Below, piece after piece: positions 59,142-64,000 of a stretch of 64,000 nt of DNA; position 1 is the stretch's first letter, and each line of letters starts with the position of its first letter. Origin of the DNA: Raillietiella orientalis (lineage: Eukaryota); assembly GCA_036172245.1 (NCBI GenBank), contig JAYWIR010000003.1:2418001-2482000 (forward strand), in the 5' to 3' direction. The translations under genes and the position numbers were made by a program. The notes under the pieces were generated by a model that saw only the letters and a program-made list of their open reading frames with translations, searched no databases and was not told where the DNA came from.

Positions 59142-62100
59142 GTGTACCACGCTCGTTGCGGACATGTTAAAAGGTCGGTTAAAAGTGCATGCGCCCATAC
59201 CTCCCTGACACGCGTTCCTCGGGATAACCCTGGAGGAAAGTCTTCGCGGAGGCACGTGCCACGTTGACCAAGGCGGACGCTCGCCCAAGCCATCGCGTCC
59301 GTGCTGCTGCTGCTGCATCGGCACTCTCGCATCGCGTCTCTTTGGAAACGGTGCAGCAGGGATGTTCCGTTAACCGGCTCCGGGCAGCAGCCCAGCTACA
59401 ACCCGAGATCCCCGCGCACTCGGGGACAGTTGCTCACGTTTCAACGGCACCTGGCGGGTGCTTTCGGCAGGGTCTCTCGCACGCTGCTCCCTCGAGGATC
59501 CTCGTTCCGTGCTACCAGCCCCGCGTGCTCGAGAAAACGCGCAGAACACCGGCATGCGTGTGCACGCGCGCCCGTTCCCGCCACGTGTGACTTTTCCCGG
59601 TGCCTTCAAGTCTGGGGCATCTGGTCTCGGACGCACGGTCGCTCGGCATCCGGAACATTCTCCAGGAAACACCATGCACCGAGGCGCGGGCAGCGCGTTC
59701 CGAAGGTCCGCGCTGGACCAAAGGGATGGACACGGGGAATTCCGGGCGGGAGGCGCGGTTCAGACTTTTCACAGGTTATTCGAGTTACCTTGCTGGGTTT
59801 GAAAACCATCCCACCAACAAGCTCCAAGGATCGGCGGAGCGGTCCAAGCGCTTTGTTTTGTGTGTGTGTGTGTGTTTTTTTTTTTGCTATGGGTCTGCCT
59901 CACTTGGCCTTCCGAAGGAACACCGAGTCATGAGCCAAATTCTTTTTCGCTGGCGCCCACACGGTGGTGGGTAAGGGAGCGGCAGCTCGGAACCAGCGAC
60001 TCCAAAACTGGCTTGCGAGTTCGTTTGGGTATCCGTGTGCTGCCGGCGCCCGGCAAGGACAACAGGGCGGCTTCAAAGCGTGCTGCATGCTGACAAAGAA
60101 AATGCTACCTGCAAGGTGCTTCGCTAGCTGCGAACAAACGAAACGACCCCCTCGGTGCAGGTTTCAGGGAATGAGGCAAGCATTCGCCTTGTCTCCCGGG
60201 AAAGCATCCAGTGACCAGCACTTCTGAAGCACTAACGCTCACGGATAGGGCACGAGCACTGGCCGCACACCACACTACCGAAGGATCAAGTGAGCTTTCC
60301 TGCTTCCGATGAGGCACCACAACCGAAATCTTTCACGGGAGAATAGGCCAGCTAGCAAGCTCCAGCGCTGGTCGTCAACACCTGCTCTCTAGAAGGTTCC
60401 ATCACTCGGCAAGGAAAAGACGAGTCAGTGGGAAACTGCCCTTGATTCCAAGTAAGGACTCAAAAGCGTTCACCCCACTGCGATTCGCTCAAAGATGGCA
60501 TCCTGATGCTCAGACGGCGGATGCGATCTTTCTGGCTCCGTTTTTCGGAGCACGCGACAAGGATCACATATGCAGCACCGAGTCACGAATACAAAATGCA
60601 CTTTCGAAAATGGACAGGTCACCGAAAAGGGTTCACAGCGCGGCTTTAAGACTTACAATTTGCAATCATCGTGACCTTCGCTCCTCGACCGTCAAGCAAA
60701 CATAGAGCTTCGGTATCGAAACTGAGGTTGCTACTCTTCAGCGGCTAAGAAGCCTTACTCGGACAATGGTCAAGTGCTAAACATTGCGGCGATGCTCTCG
60801 CTAAGCCAACAGGGGTAACAAACTCGTGTCAAGATGCTGCTGCGTCCCGTGCAGCTAACGAACGTCGGAATCTTTCGTCCTGACTTCCCTCATCGCGTTT
60901 TTAGTCTTTCGTTTTTTCTTTTCCTCGGTTTTGTCTTTTTTTTTTTTTTTCCTCCTTCTCGACTCGGAACGGACGCTTTCCACGCACAAAACAACGTCCC
61001 GACGCTGTTCTCAAAACTTTTCCTGAAAGGGCACAAAACACTTTAGAGAGAGTACTTCGACTGTCATGGCAATTAAGAGATGACCACTTATTCCTTGGGG
61101 AAGACTATTCACGTGCTAAAAAGAGCATGCGCGTTGCAGTCTTGGCGCGATTTCACGAACTAGACCTCCTCTCGCAATGAAGGATCAGGAATACCCACAC
61201 ATGAATCGAAAAAACTGCGCATCATATATCTCCGGTCTCGAGGACTCGGTGGGTGTAACTAGTCATCGGAATGCCTGCAGCACGCTCCAGCATGTGGAAA
61301 ACCCATGCGTCTTTATTCTTCCGTAGAGAGCATCGAAGCCAGACGAAAATAAACCTCATTGAGAGACGGCAGGAGTGATCACCCGGCGAAGATGCGGGAT
61401 AAATGGAAAGCCAGCAATCACGCCGCTGAATGTGCACCAGAAGTGTTTTAACGGATCATTCCTTTTGAAGTCATTGTCATTAGAAAATGAGAGTGAGAGA
61501 GAGGAAGGGAGAGAGGGAGAGGGAGAGAGGGAAGAAGAAGAAGAAGAAGGAGCTATCATTTTCACATTTATTAGGAGCTGACGATTTGCGAAAATTTATT
61601 ACAAAGGGGAAGAAAAAATGTCTCATTTTTCCCAGTGGGAAACCTCATAATAATTTGAAAAACAGGGTTGATGAAAACGAGTATTTCTTTGCATGAACCC
61701 CAGCGCCCGACCCCCTGACCTTGATTCTTAGGTACGATACGATAGCGCTTTAATTCGCGCGTTTGCAGTCTCTGGAGATACTCGCGTGCAGCCGGATTCT
61801 GCGTTTCGGTTTTTCAAGTCGCAGTTCCGGGCTCGGAACGGAGTCGAAATTGGGCGGTCCAGGCGCAGCGTCCCACGTTCGGTTTTTCCCACTCCCTCGG
61901 AGCGACCCCGCCACTGCTTTGCCACGAACCCGGATGCCGGCACGGTTCCGCAGCCCACAGGAGATCTTCAGAGATGAGTGCAGATAATCCTTCCTCTCGC
62001 TTTCCAGCATCCGAACGGTACCCGAATCGGCTCGTCCGGTGCAAGCGATGTATGCGTTGCAGACTCGGGGAAGGCACGGGCAAGGTAGCAGCGGATCTTC

Positions 62101-64000
62101 CGTGACTTCGAGCATGCTGTGTTTTTCCCAGAAGACCGCGTTTTGCAGGCCATCCTTCACTTCTTCTGAAGGGTTTGCTCGGAGCGATCGAAGAATGGCC
62201 CCAACGATTCTGCTCTTGAAACCGCAGTGATGCCACGTTCGTGGGTACCCCCATTCAGCACTCTCCGTAAGTAATTGACGAGAACGAATCAAATCCGCGT
62301 GGACTCGTCCAAAGCAGGGTTGCCGGAAGCGATTTGAGAAAAAGCCTCGATTCGACTCTAGAAAGCCGAAGAGCAGCACGGAGAATGGCATCTTCGTGAG
62401 AAGCTCGCGCGGACGTAGGGAAACGCGGCAGTAAAAGTCCGACGAGTACCACGAATGGGCTTTCTACGACGCGGTCACTTCTTGACCCAGGGAACAGAGT
62501 TTAGGAAGCCGCAGCCAGCTTCCTACAGCGGAATGCAGGTACTACCGTTTAACGAATAGCATGCAATGAATTCGCCCAAGATTCATCACTGCCACTAGCA
62601 ATGGAAGATGTGCTCGAAAGATGAGAGCTTGCGAGTAGCAGAAATGCTGTGGTTCCTTTTTTCGGAGACGCATGAAAATCAATGCAGCAGTGGAGTGAAA
62701 GAATACCCGCAAACAAGCACGCAGGATTCCAGGACGCTTGGGGAGGAAAGGTAGTCATTCGAGGTTCCCAAGACGAGCCGAAAAAGTTGCGTAGAAAAAT
62801 AGCGCGTAGGTGCCCCCCCCCCGCAAAAACCAAAAACGGAACATCAAAGAGAATCGATCTTGGAAGCGCTAAGAAACCCGTCAACCCAGAAACAAATCAA
62901 AAGCTTCCTTTGGAGCCATCACGCAAGTCTGTCTTGCATTATGAGTTCGCTCCTCGAGTGTGTGTCGTTGCATTAGTGAATGTCCATGGTGCAGGGCAAG
63001 ATGGCGCTCTCGAAGCACAGACTCCTAATGAGAATTTCGGAAAGTTCTTTGAGGAAGGTCCGACACCCGCAAAGAGGAACGCAACGTCCTCAGCGCTGCG
63101 TTCCGCACATCTCAGATGCCAGCTTGAGATGAGATGCGAACCGAAAAAGAGTTTTCCGAAGAATTGCAACGCACCGACGGCTGATTCCTCGGCCCTTACT
63201 GATAGGCGCCGCCGCACCGGCTCGCGTGTACACTCGGAGGAGGAAGCGTCCCATACGCCCATGTGTACAGAAAAAGTGACTGATCACCACCAGCAAGAGG
63301 GGAAAATCGAGCCAGGGCCGGAGTTTTCGGCCGGTGCTTCCGCACCGGCTCGAGCGAAATCCTTGGCTTTGAGGCGAATGTCGGTTCCGTACTTCCCGGC
63401 CCGGGAGGGGACCCATCTCTCAGTAGGAATTCAGGACGCCGTTCCTTCGAGGAGAACCTTCAGATTAAAAACAGTGACGAACCAAACGCGTGTTCATCAT
63501 CTTAGCAATTATGGAAGAGACCATTTTTGACAGTACAGACAAGCAAAGCTTTTCAAATACGCGTGATTGATTTACGATCGCACCCATAGCAAAAGTACCT
63601 CAGATAACCGCAGATGATCAGGTGGTTTCACATACTTTCGATCACCTCTCAGAAGGTGGTTCGGCTCACCGCGGGTTTCTCTGTGGCGACGCGCGCGAGA
63701 GACCGTTCTGCGGAAAGTAAAAACAAAGACTGCTTCGGCCCGTGACGTGAGAAGAAGCCCAGAGCGAGGCTGCAGGCCTGCAGCACACCTCCGCGCGTTC
63801 CATCGTCTGAAGGTAGCAAAGTGTTGTCTCCTGGGAGTCACACCTGAGCCAAACACCTGGGAGCATCGGCTCCCGGCAAACCCAACAAGTGACTCCTCTT
63901 GAAACCAACACATTTCACAAACGTCTAGGGATGGTGCGTGAACGCGATGTGCCCTTGATGAACACCTCCATCGGGCTTGAAAAGGAACTACAAGGGATCC

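Noticed and set aside
51140..60730. Minus-strand TCAGT initiator candidates (near 51183, 53570, 55760, 60723) as the Antp promoter
   Set aside because: None has a DPE-like RGWYV at +28 to +32 or a linked TATA, so the TSS cannot be assigned from sequence.

Overview
Eukaryotic (arthropod) genomic DNA from a Hox cluster, read by eye without tools. The only protein-coding gene I can support is an Antennapedia (Antp) orthologue on the minus strand. Its first coding exon (49409-48812) carries the MSSFY start, YPRFPPYDRL, YSSCKMQ and YPWMRSQF motifs. A 20,668-nt phase-1 GT-AG intron follows, then a homeobox exon (28143-27866) that the ORF track misses. The spliced product is 291 aa with a canonical Antp homeodomain. 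The first coding exon appears to begin at a splice acceptor (49777/49776), so the promoter and 5' exons lie further upstream and were not located. The probable 3' UTR is about 2.1 kb, ending near AATAAA at 25742-25747. The rest is non-coding: GC/CpG-rich blocks with microsatellites, short AT-rich islands rich in Exd-Hox-type motifs, two tandem repeats, a two-copy probable tRNA-derived SINE and two perfect hairpins. Top leads: (1) a 95-nt segment just after the upstream acceptor stays open only in phase 1 and also forms a three-AUG uORF, as a Ubx-to-Antp read-through splice making a homeodomain-less protein would need; (2) a 12-nt perfect complement to miR-iab-8-5p/iab-4-5p in the distal 3' UTR; (3) an RFX X-box plus TATA element pointing antisense into the Antp 3' end; (4) a pre-miRNA-sized hairpin at 59087-59141. 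I found no ftz, Ubx, miR-10 or iab-4 locus, and no prokaryotic-type system.
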